This document shows positions 10,048 through 20,509 of a stretch of 64,000 bases of DNA, in pieces; the first letter of the stretch is position 1; every line of letters begins with the position of its first letter. This DNA comes from an uncultured Clostridia bacterium. Lineage in GTDB: Bacteria; Bacillota; Clostridia; TANB77; CAG-508. A model generated the notes under the pieces. It was not told where the DNA came from, did no database searches, and saw only the letters and a program-made list of their open reading frames with translations. The stretch spans positions 131,357 through 195,356 of the forward strand of contig OZ006978.1 in the NCBI GenBank assembly GCA_963931155.1, written 5' to 3'. A program made the translations under genes and the position numbers.

Positions 10048-11520
10048 TTATCTAATTAACTTTATTTTTCCCTCTTCTGTTCTTTCTAGTTTCATATTCA
10101 ATGTTTTAATTAATAACATTCCTACTATCATAATTATTAAAAATGGTATTCCCAGTATTTGTTCTTCGCTATGTAATGCAAATGATGCAAAATTTGCTAT
10201 TTGACTTGTATAACTTAATATTAAAATTGTTTCTTGGGCTTTTCTTTTTAGGAAGAACATAGTTGGAAATAGCCACATTATATACCATGCATTAAAATTG
10301 GTTATTAATACAAATGTAAATATTAAAAGGAAAATATTATATTTTCTAATAATTTGTATAAATCCAATTTTCTTTTGCACTAATAACCTAACACAAACAA
10401 TCACATAAAAAACTGCAAATATCACTAGAGCAAGTGTTTGAATTATTTCTACTTTATCTTGTCCAAAATATTCATATATAACATACATTATAGACCTATT
10501 GTATTTAGATTGTTGTATAAACAAACCTGCCAAAACTCCAAAATCTCTCATATATATTAAATAAAATAATGCTAAAATTGCCAAATATTCTATTCCACAC
10601 AATATGCAATATATTATTCTTTTCTTTATATCTTTATTTCTTACACTATAAATAACAATAAATGGAAGTATCAATATTGCTAAATATTTAACAGCTGTTG
10701 CAAATGCGACACATGTCACTGCTAAAAACAAATTCTTTTTTCTTGTTGTAAAATATATAGCAAGTAAAATAAATAATATTATGCATATATCATTGTGTAC
10801 ATTTGATAAAGCCTCAAACAAAATAAATGGATTTAATCCATACAAAATCATGAATAATTTTTTTCTAGTTATTTTGTATATTAATATTGTATTTAATATA
10901 TGTATTAATATATTAAATATTTTAAATAATAATAGTGCCACATCTATATTCCCCAAAGACATTGCAGATAGCCCTGTACAAATTAAAGTCCAAAGCGGAC
11001 CATATACTACTGTTTCATATTTCCAACAATTTGCCACTTTATTAAACATCATATCACTTTGTCCAGTTTTATCTGTTATCTCTCCGGTTGATGTATAATA
11101 TGGGTTTTCTCCATAATGTGCTGATGACCAACCATTTGCTATATATGAGTATACATCTGTGCTTGTATATGGAATTATTACTCCAAATATTATTGAAACT
11201 AAAATCACAAATACTATTATTTTTTTAGTACTAATATTTTTGCATTTTTTAGCTATTAGCATATAAGCTAAAAATAATATTGTTATTAGTAAAAAAAACA
11301 TTAGTGCATTATTTAGCATTTCTGCTTTATTTACTGGGATTTTAAAAAAATATGTCCATACATAATAAAATCCATATACAGTTTTGTTTTTTATTAAATA
11401 TGTAATTGATGGTATTGCTAAAATTATAGATGCAAAAATAAATATAATTATAGGCAAATTTAATTCTTTTCTATTATTACTTTCAAGCTTTTTCTTCTTT
11501 GTTACTTTTTCCATTTTCAA
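10048..11520 (-). CDS. polytopic membrane protein, GT-C-fold glycosyltransferase-like (paralog B)
   Basis: 490 aa, same architecture and many shared blocks with 5284-6735. Confidence 0.5.
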   Translation of the reverse strand: MKMEKVTKKKKLESNNRKELNLPIIIFIFASIILAIPSITYLIKNKTVYGFYYVWTYFFKIPVNKAEMLNNALMFFLLITILFLAYMLIAKKCKNISTKKIIVFVILVSIIFGVIIPYTSTDVYSYIANGWSSAHYGENPYYTSTGEITDKTGQSDMMFNKVANCWKYETVVYGPLWTLICTGLSAMSLGNIDVALLLFKIFNILIHILNTILIYKITRKKLFMILYGLNPFILFEALSNVHNDICIILFILLAIYFTTRKKNLFLAVTCVAFATAVKYLAILILPFIVIYSVRNKDIKKRIIYCILCGIEYLAILALFYLIYMRDFGVLAGLFIQQSKYNRSIMYVIYEYFGQDKVEIIQTLALVIFAVFYVIVCVRLLVQKKIGFIQIIRKYNIFLLIFTFVLITNFNAWYIMWLFPTMFFLKRKAQETILILSYTSQIANFASFALHSEEQILGIPFLIIMIVGMLLIKTLNMKLERTEEGKIKLIR

Positions 11521-11602
11521 TCCCTTTTATTTGAATAAGGGAAGGTTAATTGTTATTCTTCCTTTTTCCTTCCCCTTTCCTATTTTTTAATCTTCATCAG
11601 AT

Positions 11603-12610
11603 TTAATCTTGGTTATATGGAATTCCCATATGTTCATATGCTGCAGGAAGTGCAACTCTTCCCCTTACAGTTCTTGATATGAAACCTATTTGTATTAAAT
11701 ATGGTTCATATACATCTTCTATTGTATCTACTTCTTCTCCTAAAGTAGTGGCAATAGTTTCAATTCCTACTGGTCTACCTCTATATTTTATAATTAATGT
11801 TTCTAAAATTTTTCTATCAATTTCATCTAAACCTAAGTCATCTATTTCTAATTTGTTTAATGCTATTTTTGCTATTTTTAATGTTATATTTCCATCACCT
11901 AAAACAGCTGCATAATCTCTTACTCTTTTTAATAATCTATTTGCTACTCTAGGTGTACCTCTTGATCTTCTAGCTATCTCTATTGCTGAATCATTATCTA
12001 TATTTATTTCTAAAATATTTGCAGACCTCTTAACTATTGTTGTTAAATCTTCTGTATTATATAATTCTAATCTATGTATAATTCCAAATCTGTCACGAAG
12101 TGGTGTTGCAAGTGATCCTGCCTTAGTTGTAGCTCCTATTAGTGTAAATTTAGGCAAATCTAGTCTTATAGACCTTGCACTTGGCCCTTTTCCAATTATT
12201 ATATCTAATGTATAATCTTCTAATGCTGGATATAATATTTCTTCTACGCTTTTGTTTAATCTATGAATTTCATCAATAAACAAAATATCAAATTCTGATA
12301 AATTTGTAAGTAATGCTGCTAAATCTCCTGGCTTGCTAATAGCAGGGCCTGACGTTATTTTTATATTTGAATTCATTTCATTAGATATAATATTAGCAAG
12401 AGTAGTTTTTCCAAGTCCTGGTGGTCCATATAAAAGTACGTGGTCTAGTGCTTCCCCTCGTTTTTTAGCCGCTTCTATGTATACCTTCATATTTTCCTTT
12501 ACTTTATCTTGCCCTATATATTCATTTAAAGTTTTAGGTCTTAATGAATTTTCTAATCTTTCCTCTGATGCATCTGTAAGTTCCGGACTAATTAGACGTT
12601 CTTCTTCCAA
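11603..12610 (-). CDS. ruvB: Holliday junction branch migration helicase RuvB
   Basis: [15 protein letters not shown] Walker A, DEIHRL, C-terminal winged helix; typical 335 aa. Confidence 0.95.
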   Translation of the reverse strand: MEEERLISPELTDASEERLENSLRPKTLNEYIGQDKVKENMKVYIEAAKKRGEALDHVLLYGPPGLGKTTLANIISNEMNSNIKITSGPAISKPGDLAALLTNLSEFDILFIDEIHRLNKSVEEILYPALEDYTLDIIIGKGPSARSIRLDLPKFTLIGATTKAGSLATPLRDRFGIIHRLELYNTEDLTTIVKRSANILEINIDNDSAIEIARRSRGTPRVANRLLKRVRDYAAVLGDGNITLKIAKIALNKLEIDDLGLDEIDRKILETLIIKYRGRPVGIETIATTLGEEVDTIEDVYEPYLIQIGFISRTVRGRVALPAAYEHMGIPYNQD

Positions 12611-12624
12611 ATTTATACCTCCAT

Positions 12625-13804
12625 TTATTCTTGCCTTCTTAAATGTTTTTTATCTACTGTTTCCTCTGTTTTCTCTTCATCATTTTTTTCTATGTTTTGT
12701 TCCGTTGTTTTATCAGTCTTATTATTACCATCTGATAGTAATCTTGACATATCTTTATATCCAATTGTTGCAATTGCAACAATTAATAACGCAAAAGATA
12801 GTGCTTTCCATATTCCACTTTCTAATAGGATTACTGCAAACATTCCAAGTGTAGCTGTAATTCCATACATTATTAAAACTGCTTGTTTTTGTGAATATCC
12901 TTTTGCCATTAATTTATGATGCAAATGTCCTTTATCTGGCTTAAATACTGCTTTTATAGATTTTCCTTTTACAATTCTTCTGCATATTGCAAATAAAGTG
13001 TCAAAAATTGGCATTCCAAGTATTATAATTGGAGCTATTAGTACAAGAGCCGTATAAGTTTTTGCAACACCTAAAATTGATATTATAGCAAGCGAAAATC
13101 CCATAAAATTTGAACCAGTATCTCCAATAAATGTTTTTGCTGGGCTGAAATTAAAAGGTAAAAATCCTACAATGCCACCTGCTAATGCTGTTATTAATAC
13201 AATAGCTATTAATGGTGATTCATTTAATGCAAATACCATAAGAAGAGATAAACATGAGATTAATGTAACACCAGATGATAGTCCATCTAATCCATCTATT
13301 AAATTTATAGCATTTGTAATTCCAACAATCCAACAAACTGTAATAATATATGAAAATATACCACTTATTACAATTTTCCCTTCTGTAAAAGGAATAGATA
13401 TATGTTCAATTCTAATTCCACAAGCAACTACAATAATTGCTGATATGATTTGTGCCGAAAGTTTAACATAACTTGGTATTCCTTTTACATCATCCACATA
13501 ACAAATAATTCCAAGAATTACTATTCCTATAAAAAATCCTGTCATTTTTATATAATAATTCTCAGGTCCAAATAAATCTATTTTTCCTTCTAACTGAGTT
13601 GTTATTAGCAAATATATAATAGAAACAAAAAATCCAGCTATTACAGCTAATCCTCCGAAGTCTAGGCATTGGCTTTTTGTTTATCCTTCTATCATTTGGT
13701 ATATCAATTGCTCCAACCTTTTTTGCCCATCTCATTGTGTGTGGTGTAATTACAAATGCTGTTATAAATGCTAATAAAAAAGCTATTGCTATATCTCCCC
13801 ACAT
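12625..13804 (-). pseudogene. UDP-GlcNAc:undecaprenyl-phosphate GlcNAc-1-P transferase (TagO/WecA/MraY family), split by a +1 frameshift near 13657
   Basis: ORF 13562-13804 encodes N-terminus (...IDIPNDRRINKKPMPRL) and ORF 12625-13611 the rest (NAINLIDGLDGL signature). Removing one base in CTTCGGAGG restores ...PRLGGLAVIAGFFVSIIYLLITTQ... Confidence 0.6.
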
Positions 13805-13890
13805 ATTTTTTCCTCACTTTTGCTTATTTTTCTAGTATATATTTTTCAAATTTAGTGTTTGTCTATTAAATTAAGTTTATACATTAAAAT

Positions 13891-14586
13891 TTAATATTCT
13901 AAAATTTCTACATTATATCCAATAAAAAGTCCACTTTCTATCACGCCAGGAATACTTTTTATTTGTTTTTCTAGTTGTTTTTCGATGCTTTCAAATTTAA
14001 CATCTAGTATAACATTTGAATTTTCTGTTATAACAGGACCATCTTTTCCTTTTGCTTTTCTTAATGTTATGTCCCTTCCTCCAAGCTTTATTAATTCTTC
14101 TTTTACATAGTTTATACTTTCCAAAACACACTCAACAGGTATTTTAAATTTTTCTCCTAGTTTAGATACCTTTTTAGATTTGTCAATTAAAATATACGTA
14201 ATTGGTGAATTTACAATATTTAATTTTTCTTTAAAACTTGCTCCACCTCTGCCTTTAATAAGCCAACTATTATCATCTACTTCATCTGCCCCATCAAAAC
14301 TCCAGTCTGGCTTGTATTCCATTAAACTAGCGGTTCTTAAACCCAAATAATTACATAGCATTTTAATTTCATATGATGTTGGTATTGCTATGATATCTAG
14401 TTTTTCTTTTTTTACTCTGTCTGCAATAGCCATAGTTGCCATATATGAGGTAGAGCCAGAACCAAAACCTATTACTTGTCCATCTTGTACTTTACTTGCT
14501 ATAATTTCTCCCAATTTTCTTTTTTCTTCTATATTTGAAATATTATCGAATTCAATTTTGTTTAATATATCTTTACTCCAATTCAT
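13891..14586 (-). CDS. rpiA: ribose-5-phosphate isomerase A
   Basis: GFGSGST, DGADEVD, KGRGGA motifs. Confidence 0.85.
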   Translation of the reverse strand: MNWSKDILNKIEFDNISNIEEKRKLGEIIASKVQDGQVIGFGSGSTSYMATMAIADRVKKEKLDIIAIPTSYEIKMLCNYLGLRTASLMEYKPDWSFDGADEVDDNSWLIKGRGGASFKEKLNIVNSPITYILIDKSKKVSKLGEKFKIPVECVLESINYVKEELIKLGGRDITLRKAKGKDGPVITENSNVILDVKFESIEKQLEKQIKSIPGVIESGLFIGYNVEILEY

Positions 14587-14708
14587 TTTTAACCTCGCTC
14601 GTATAAATTTCTACTTTTAGCATTATATCATTATCTTGTAGCATAGTAAACCTTATTTATTAATAAATTTAGAAAAAGCTATATATATTTTTTAGTTTTA
14701 TTATGTTT

Positions 14709-15656
14709 TTAATTTACTGCAAAATTAATTCCTCTTGCAATTACATCTTTCATTTTTTCAATTAATCCGTCAATTTCCTTTGGAGTAACAATAAAATTAT
14801 ATTCATCTGGTGATAATACTTCTTTTATTAAATTGTATTTATCTTCCTCTTGTAATTTATTTAAAAAATCATTTGATTCCCCTTGATTTTGAACTTCACG
14901 TATTAATAATGTTAAACTATCTGCTGCTATAGTAGCCGCATCAACAACAGTTGGTATCCCTATTGCTATAACTGGTATTCCCAAAGTATTTTTGCTTATT
15001 TCTTTTCTAGTGTTGTCCACTCCTGCACCAGGTACTATTCCTGTATCGGCAAGTTGTATAGAACTACTTATTCTTTCTATACTTCTTGATGCTAATGCAT
15101 CTATTACTATTAATAATTTAGGTTTGATATTTTCTACAATTCCTTTTAAAATTTCCAAGGTCTCTATTCCTGTAGTTCCAAGTACCCCGGGAGATATTGC
15201 ACTAATTTCTCTTGTTCCTTCTTCTAAAATTTCTGGCATATATTGTAATAAATGTCTTGTAATATCTATTTCATTTATTACTTTAGGCCCTAAAGCATCT
15301 GGTGTTACATATATATTACCAAGTCCCACCACAAGTATGGAGTCTAATCCTGATATTTGATTTTGTATTAGTTTTTTTAGTTCATTAGTCACTACTTCAG
15401 ATGTCCTTTGTATTCCATCTTGAGAAATATTTTTAAAGTTTTTTATATCTATCGTAATATAATTTCCTATTGGTTTATTAATAGCTTTTTCTCCATTTTC
15501 GTTAGTTACTTTAACTCTTGAAATATTTATATGTTCTTCTTTTGTTTCCCCTATATTTTCCTCTTCTGTCTCTATTCCATCAATTTCTTCTTGTATATTA
15601 TGTGCCTTTCTATAAAGGTCACGTCTTTCTAAAGCTAAATCAGTTCTAAAATTATA
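14709..15656 (-). CDS. gpr: germination protease (spore endopeptidase)
   Basis: MYNFRTDLALE... N-terminus typical of GPR; start reassigned to second ATG, which has a GGAGGT SD 9 nt upstream. Confidence 0.8.
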   Translation of the reverse strand, partial: YNFRTDLALERRDLYRKAHNIQEEIDGIETEEENIGETKEEHINISRVKVTNENGEKAINKPIGNYITIDIKNFKNISQDGIQRTSEVVTNELKKLIQNQISGLDSILVVGLGNIYVTPDALGPKVINEIDITRHLLQYMPEILEEGTREISAISPGVLGTTGIETLEILKGIVENIKPKLLIVIDALASRSIERISSSIQLADTGIVPGAGVDNTRKEISKNTLGIPVIAIGIPTVVDAATIAADSLTLLIREVQNQGESNDFLNKLQEEDKYNLIKEVLSPDEYNFIVTPKEIDGLIEKMKDVIARGINFAVN

Positions 15657-15791
15657 CATTTTTACACTAACCTCCATTTGAGCAATTTATACTCCATCTA
15701 AATTTACTTTCTAATCTCCGAAATTAGAGAATAAAAAGAATTTATCATTAGTGTTTTACATTTTTATTTTTTTATACTACATAAACAAAAT

Positions 15792-15826
15792 AAAAGGAAA
15801 TATTTTCATTAAATACTTCCTTTTAA
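15792..15826 (-). terminator. rho-independent terminator after the HTH-repeat gene
   Basis: AAAGGAAgTATTT...AAATATTTCCTTT stem followed by U-rich tract on the minus transcript. Confidence 0.45.
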
Positions 15827-15840
15827 ATAATATATATATT

Positions 15841-17931
15841 CTATCTTGCTTCGCTTTCTTTGCTTCTATCTTCTCGAAGCTTTTTATCCAATTCATTCTT
15901 TCTCTGAATAATCTTTTTTCTTGAAAACAATTTTCTCATAAGTGTTTGATATGCATTAAAATTTATTGCTGAAAAATCAATTTTATCTTTTATACTTTCT
16001 AAACACTTTATTGCTGATTCTATATCTCCATTTTTATAATAATCTTTAATTTGTAAAACCATGTTAGAAATATATTCAACTTGCTCTTGTTCATCGGTTG
16101 TTGATTGTGCTTCTGATAAATTTTGTACATCAGTTGATGTTTGTGCTTCTGTTGAATTTTGTACATCAGTTGATGTTTGTGCTTCTACAACATTCATTTG
16201 AGAATCGTCTGTTTTTCTACCTATCTCATCATTTTGACCAATTATTCCTTGAGTTTTTAAAAATCTTATATCATTTTCAATAGTCGGTATAGAAAATCCT
16301 AATTTTTCTGCAATTTCAGGTGTCGAAATAGTGCCATATAAATCTGCTATTTGAGTTCTCCTATCTTTAATTGCTTTTCTTTTGGTAGTAGATAAAACAT
16401 TTATTCTTTTAGAGCTAGCCTCTATTTTTCCTCTTTGTTTTAATTCAACAATATCGGATGAAATTGTACCTATTGATACCCCCAATTCTCGAGCAATTTC
16501 TTTTTGAGTCATTTTTCCATATAATTCCGCTACTTGTTCTAATCTGGCTTCTTTTTTAGGATCTTTTCTTGCAATATTTCTTCTTTTAACTCCTTCTTCA
16601 CTTATTATTCCAATACTTATTAAGTATTTTACATCATTATAAACTGTCCCATATGAAACTCCTAAAAGTTTAGCTATTTGTTTATAACTCATTGTTCCAT
16701 ATAGCTTAGCTACTTCCATTCTTCTTTCATGTAACCTATCTACTTCTTCTATAGATGGAACTACTATACGCTTAGATTGCTGTGATTCATCAGCAATCAT
16801 CCCCATTTCTCTTAGAGCAACTAAATCATCATACACGGTATTTGGTGAAACATTAAGCTCTTTTGCAATATCTTTTTGGCTCATTTTTCCATATAGTTTT
16901 GCTACTTGCATCCTTCTGCTCTCTATTTGTTGCAATGTTTCTCTTGATGTTTTTCTCTTTAATCTGCTTGCTTCTATTAATCCATGTTCTTTTAAATATC
17001 TTATATCTTCATTTATAGTTCCAACAGTCACATCTAATTCTACTGCAATTCTTGATATTGGAATTTTTCCACGTAATCTAGCTACAGTATTTCTTCTTTT
17101 TTCTAATAACTCTTTTTGGGTTTGTAATACTCCTTTTGAAGTTAAAAAATTAATATCATTTTTTATAATAAATTCCGACACCCCAACTTCTGTTGCTATT
17201 TGTTGAACTGATACTTTTCCATATAATATTGCTACAATTTGTCTTCTCACAGCTACTGCTTCTCTATTTCGTATTAATGCTTGCCCACTTTGTTTAGAGG
17301 AACTTTCACTTTTAGTTCCTAATACCATACTATCTTCATTTACTTCATGTTCTTTTATAAATTCTATGTCTTTATCAATAATTCGTGATGATATTGTTTT
17401 AAATACTTTATATATAGTATCTATTGAAATACCAGCTTTATATAAAATTGCAATTTTTCTTCTTCTTTCTTGTAAACTATCTTCTGCCCCTTTATATTCA
17501 GCTATTATTTTAGGGACTTCATCTGCTTCGCCTGAAATTTCTTCTACTTCTTCATGAGCTTCATCTGCTTTTGTTGATTCGTTTTCTTGTATTTGTCTAC
17601 TATTTGATGCTACGTGACCTCTTTGCGATGGTATTATCCCCATAAATAGTAAATCTTCTTCAACTAAAGCTTTGGATACCCTCATTTGCTTTGCTATTTC
17701 TTCTACTGAAAGACCATAATCTAAATGTAATGAACGAATTTGGCTTCGTCTATCTTTATACTGAATTTCTCTTGATGGATTTGGCTTAGTTTTAGAAATT
17801 TTTAATCCTTCTAAATATGTTACAATGTCTGCCAAAGTCTCATGTGTTATATCAGCAATTTCTCCATAACTTAAACCTTGTTCTGCTAATTCTTCAATTT
17901 TTTTATACTCCATTTCTATATACAACTCCAA
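15841..17931 (-). CDS. large protein of about 10 tandem helix-turn-helix modules (sigma-70 region-4-like repeats) with C-terminal S/T/Q-rich repeats
   Basis: Recurring ~50-aa module xLYGKMSQKDIAKELNVSxxTVxxDxxxLxxxGxI found about 10 times; no other domain recognised. Confidence 0.6.
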   Translation of the reverse strand: MELYIEMEYKKIEELAEQGLSYGEIADITHETLADIVTYLEGLKISKTKPNPSREIQYKDRRSQIRSLHLDYGLSVEEIAKQMRVSKALVEEDLLFMGIIPSQRGHVASNSRQIQENESTKADEAHEEVEEISGEADEVPKIIAEYKGAEDSLQERRRKIAILYKAGISIDTIYKVFKTISSRIIDKDIEFIKEHEVNEDSMVLGTKSESSSKQSGQALIRNREAVAVRRQIVAILYGKVSVQQIATEVGVSEFIIKNDINFLTSKGVLQTQKELLEKRRNTVARLRGKIPISRIAVELDVTVGTINEDIRYLKEHGLIEASRLKRKTSRETLQQIESRRMQVAKLYGKMSQKDIAKELNVSPNTVYDDLVALREMGMIADESQQSKRIVVPSIEEVDRLHERRMEVAKLYGTMSYKQIAKLLGVSYGTVYNDVKYLISIGIISEEGVKRRNIARKDPKKEARLEQVAELYGKMTQKEIARELGVSIGTISSDIVELKQRGKIEASSKRINVLSTTKRKAIKDRRTQIADLYGTISTPEIAEKLGFSIPTIENDIRFLKTQGIIGQNDEIGRKTDDSQMNVVEAQTSTDVQNSTEAQTSTDVQNLSEAQSTTDEQEQVEYISNMVLQIKDYYKNGDIESAIKCLESIKDKIDFSAINFNAYQTLMRKLFSRKKIIQRKNELDKKLREDRSKESEAR
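16100..16190. repeat. 36-nt tandem repeat (about 2.5 copies) inside the HTH-repeat gene
   Basis: TGTGCTTCTG... recurs at 16106, 16142 and 16178; encodes STDVQNSTEAQT repeats. Confidence 0.8.
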
Positions 17932-18065
17932 CCAGAATTATTTTACATAAAGATTTTACCATCTTTTGTATGATTTTTCAAGTATTTATTTGTTTTTTGA
18001 CTGTTATTAAAGCTTTCTTAACCTTTATTTATTTTTCTTGATTTAGATATACAAATTTTTATACA

Positions 18066-18119
18066 AAAAAACAAATCTTTCTCCAAAATTTAAATTTTAA
18101 AGAAAAAGATTTGTTTTTA
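18066..18119 (-). terminator. terminator downstream of LPXTG gene (bidirectional hairpin)
   Basis: AAACAAATCTTT...AAAGATTTGTTTTT stem with flanking A/T runs. Confidence 0.5.
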
Positions 18120-18154
18120 TTGTATTATTATAAATAAAAATGCAAGATATATTT

Positions 18155-18958
18155 CTATTTTTTATTAATTTCACTTGTTTTATATTTTACAATTCCTACA
18201 ATTGCTAAGATAAACAACGCAAGTGTTATAAGTGTTAAAACTATATTAGCCCCTGTTTGTGGCAATCTAGTATCTTTTACCATTGTCTCATCAAAAGAAT
18301 TAATTACATTTTCATCATCTGTCTCATCATCTATTTGAACTTCATTATCTTTATTTGGTTCAGTATCTATTGTAATATCTTCTCCAGGAATCATTGTATT
18401 AGTATTTTCGTTTGGTTCTTCTTCATCTGGTGTTTCTGTTCCGGGATTATTTTCTCCTGGGTTTTGAGTTCCTGGCACTAAACTATAATCCATTTCACTT
18501 CTTGGATATGTTTCGTTTAAATTATTATCATTTGTAACAGTAAAACTATTTATTGCAACTTTTCCATTTGTTGTTTCTGTAACTCTTGATGGATCTAAAT
18601 TAAATATGATTTTTCCAATTTCAATATTAGGTGTTGCAGAATCTGTTGTAAATTCAACTGTTTTATTTTCTGCTGATACTGTCACATTCCATCCTTCATA
18701 TGCTTCACCTTTTACTGTATCTACATGGTTAGTATCAAAATCAAGTGTAGCAGTTGCTTTCATAGGTGAATTTTCTGGCACATTAGCAAAATCTCCCATG
18801 TGAATTGAAAATATTATTTGATTATCTTGTTTAGTTGCTTGATAAGATACATTAACTGATGCTGGTAATTCGTTTCCATCTGTTGCATTAACTATATTCA
18901 AATTAAATGATAGTACAATTAAAACTATTAATATAAAAATTGCTAATACTTTTTTCAC
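18155..18958 (-). CDS. LPXTG cell-wall-anchored surface protein
   Basis: Signal peptide, LPQTG sortase motif followed by hydrophobic segment and KYKTSEINKK tail. Confidence 0.85.
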   Translation of the reverse strand: MKKVLAIFILIVLIVLSFNLNIVNATDGNELPASVNVSYQATKQDNQIIFSIHMGDFANVPENSPMKATATLDFDTNHVDTVKGEAYEGWNVTVSAENKTVEFTTDSATPNIEIGKIIFNLDPSRVTETTNGKVAINSFTVTNDNNLNETYPRSEMDYSLVPGTQNPGENNPGTETPDEEEPNENTNTMIPGEDITIDTEPNKDNEVQIDDETDDENVINSFDETMVKDTRLPQTGANIVLTLITLALFILAIVGIVKYKTSEINKK

Positions 18959-19082
18959 TTCTATCTCTCCTTTTTATTATTATACAAAATTTCATTCTTT
19001 TATATTTTACCACATTTAGTATTATATAACAACCCTATAAGTATTACAATTATGTTCCAAAAGTGTAATATCTATATAAAAT

Positions 19083-19135
19083 CAAAAAAATAAGAACTTT
19101 AAAGTGTTATATACTTACAAAGTTCTTATTTTTTC
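19083..19135 (-). terminator. rho-independent terminator after the Spo0E-like gene (bidirectional)
   Basis: AAGAACTTT...AAAGTTCTT stem flanked by A-run and T-run. Confidence 0.55.
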
Positions 19136-19139
19136 TTAA

Positions 19140-19301
19140 TTAAATCTTCTTATTCTTATTAAACTTATTAATTTTTTCCATCTTTAGATTGACATATTTA
19201 TCAACAATTCTGCTTTGTTTTAATATTTTTTCATAAGACTCTCCTTTTTCTATTAATAAGTCTAATTTTCTTTTGTGATAGTTAAGTAATGTATCTAACA
19301 T
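19140..19301 (-). CDS. Spo0E-family sporulation regulatory protein (aspartyl-phosphate phosphatase-like), 53 aa
   Basis: Not in ORF track (below 60 aa). ATG at 19299-19301 with AGGTGA SD; MLDTLLNYHKRKLDLLIEKGESYEKILKQSRIVDKYVNL fits the Spo0E-like helical hairpin pattern. Confidence 0.5.
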   Translation of the reverse strand: MLDTLLNYHKRKLDLLIEKGESYEKILKQSRIVDKYVNLKMEKINKFNKNKKI

Positions 19302-19348
19302 GGTCTATCACCTCTAATTGCATTATAGCATATTGAAAATATATTATT

Positions 19349-19365
19349 TGTCGAAACCTGTCGAA
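19349..19365. promoter_or_regulatory. two tandem perfect Spo0A boxes (TGTCGAA) spaced 10 bp
   Basis: TGTCGAAACCTGTCGAA about 50-65 bp upstream of the Spo0E-like start codon. Confidence 0.5.
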
Positions 19366-19429
19366 AAAATAAAAATTTTTTCATTTTTTATTTCCCATAA
19401 ATTTTTATCCGCTTCAAATTGTATAAATT

Positions 19430-20413
19430 TTATGAACAATATCTACAAAGTATTGATTCTAATCCAATATTAATATCAATTAAACCAACCTTGTAATTTG
19501 CATCTAAATTCACAAACTCATCCATAATTTTTTCAATTTCATCTTTAGAAAAATATCTAGCTTGATTTTTATATTTATTTATTAAAAACATCTGGTTCGG
19601 TTTAAGTTTCATGCTTGTTGCTAAATCTTTCTTGTATTTCTCAGCTATTTTAACTATATATAATTTTTTAAAATGATTATATAAAGTTATTAATATTTTC
19701 TGAATTGGTTCTCTTTCATATATTAAATTATTTAAGACTTCCATTGCTTTTTTTATATCTTTTTTTCCTAAATTATCTGTTAAATCAAATATTACACTAT
19801 CCATTTGCTTTATAGTTAATAAGTCAATTTCTTTTTTTGTTATTGTTCCATTAGTACCAACATATTCTATTAATTTTCTAATTTCATTAATTAAATCTTG
19901 CATATTAGTACCAACACATTCTATAAAATATTTTGCAGTCATATTGTCTATTTGTACTTTATATGCCATACATATTTTTTGTATATTTTGCATGGCTTCA
20001 GGAAGTTTAAGAACAGCAAATTCTTTTACTTCACCTAATTTTGAAATAGTTTTATATAAAGTATTATTTTCAGCAGATTCTTCAACAAAAACTAATTCTA
20101 CCGCATCATTTATTAAACCTATATTTTCGCTAATATAATCAGCTATCTTTTTAGATAAATTAATCAAAGCAAGTTCTTGACCTTTAGCTGTCTTTTTTTC
20201 TTTATTAAAAAGTCCGGTATCTTTTGCAATAATAAACTTTTTTGCATATCCAAAGGCAGGAGTTTCAATATCAGAAATCAATTCTTTTACATTTGATGCA
20301 TCTATTTGTATATAATTAATACCTAATATTAATTCTCCAAATTCCTTCTTTATTTTTTTTAATCTTGATTCTAATAAATAGGTTTCTTCTCCATAAAGTA
20401 ATTTTACAGACAT
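19430..20413 (-). CDS. holA: DNA polymerase III delta subunit-like
   Basis: LLYGEETYLLE N-terminal motif and about 330-aa length typical of HolA; no Walker motifs; start set at ATG preceded by AAGAGGGAGG. Confidence 0.5.
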   Translation of the reverse strand: MSVKLLYGEETYLLESRLKKIKKEFGELILGINYIQIDASNVKELISDIETPAFGYAKKFIIAKDTGLFNKEKKTAKGQELALINLSKKIADYISENIGLINDAVELVFVEESAENNTLYKTISKLGEVKEFAVLKLPEAMQNIQKICMAYKVQIDNMTAKYFIECVGTNMQDLINEIRKLIEYVGTNGTITKKEIDLLTIKQMDSVIFDLTDNLGKKDIKKAMEVLNNLIYEREPIQKILITLYNHFKKLYIVKIAEKYKKDLATSMKLKPNQMFLINKYKNQARYFSKDEIEKIMDEFVNLDANYKVGLIDINIGLESILCRYCS

Positions 20414-20509
20414 ATGCCTCCCTCTTTTCAAAGTTTGAGTATAATTATAATTAGTTTTTTAACCTTATTCCTTTGTTATTTATTCACCAAGCATTTTTAA
20501 TCCAAATTT

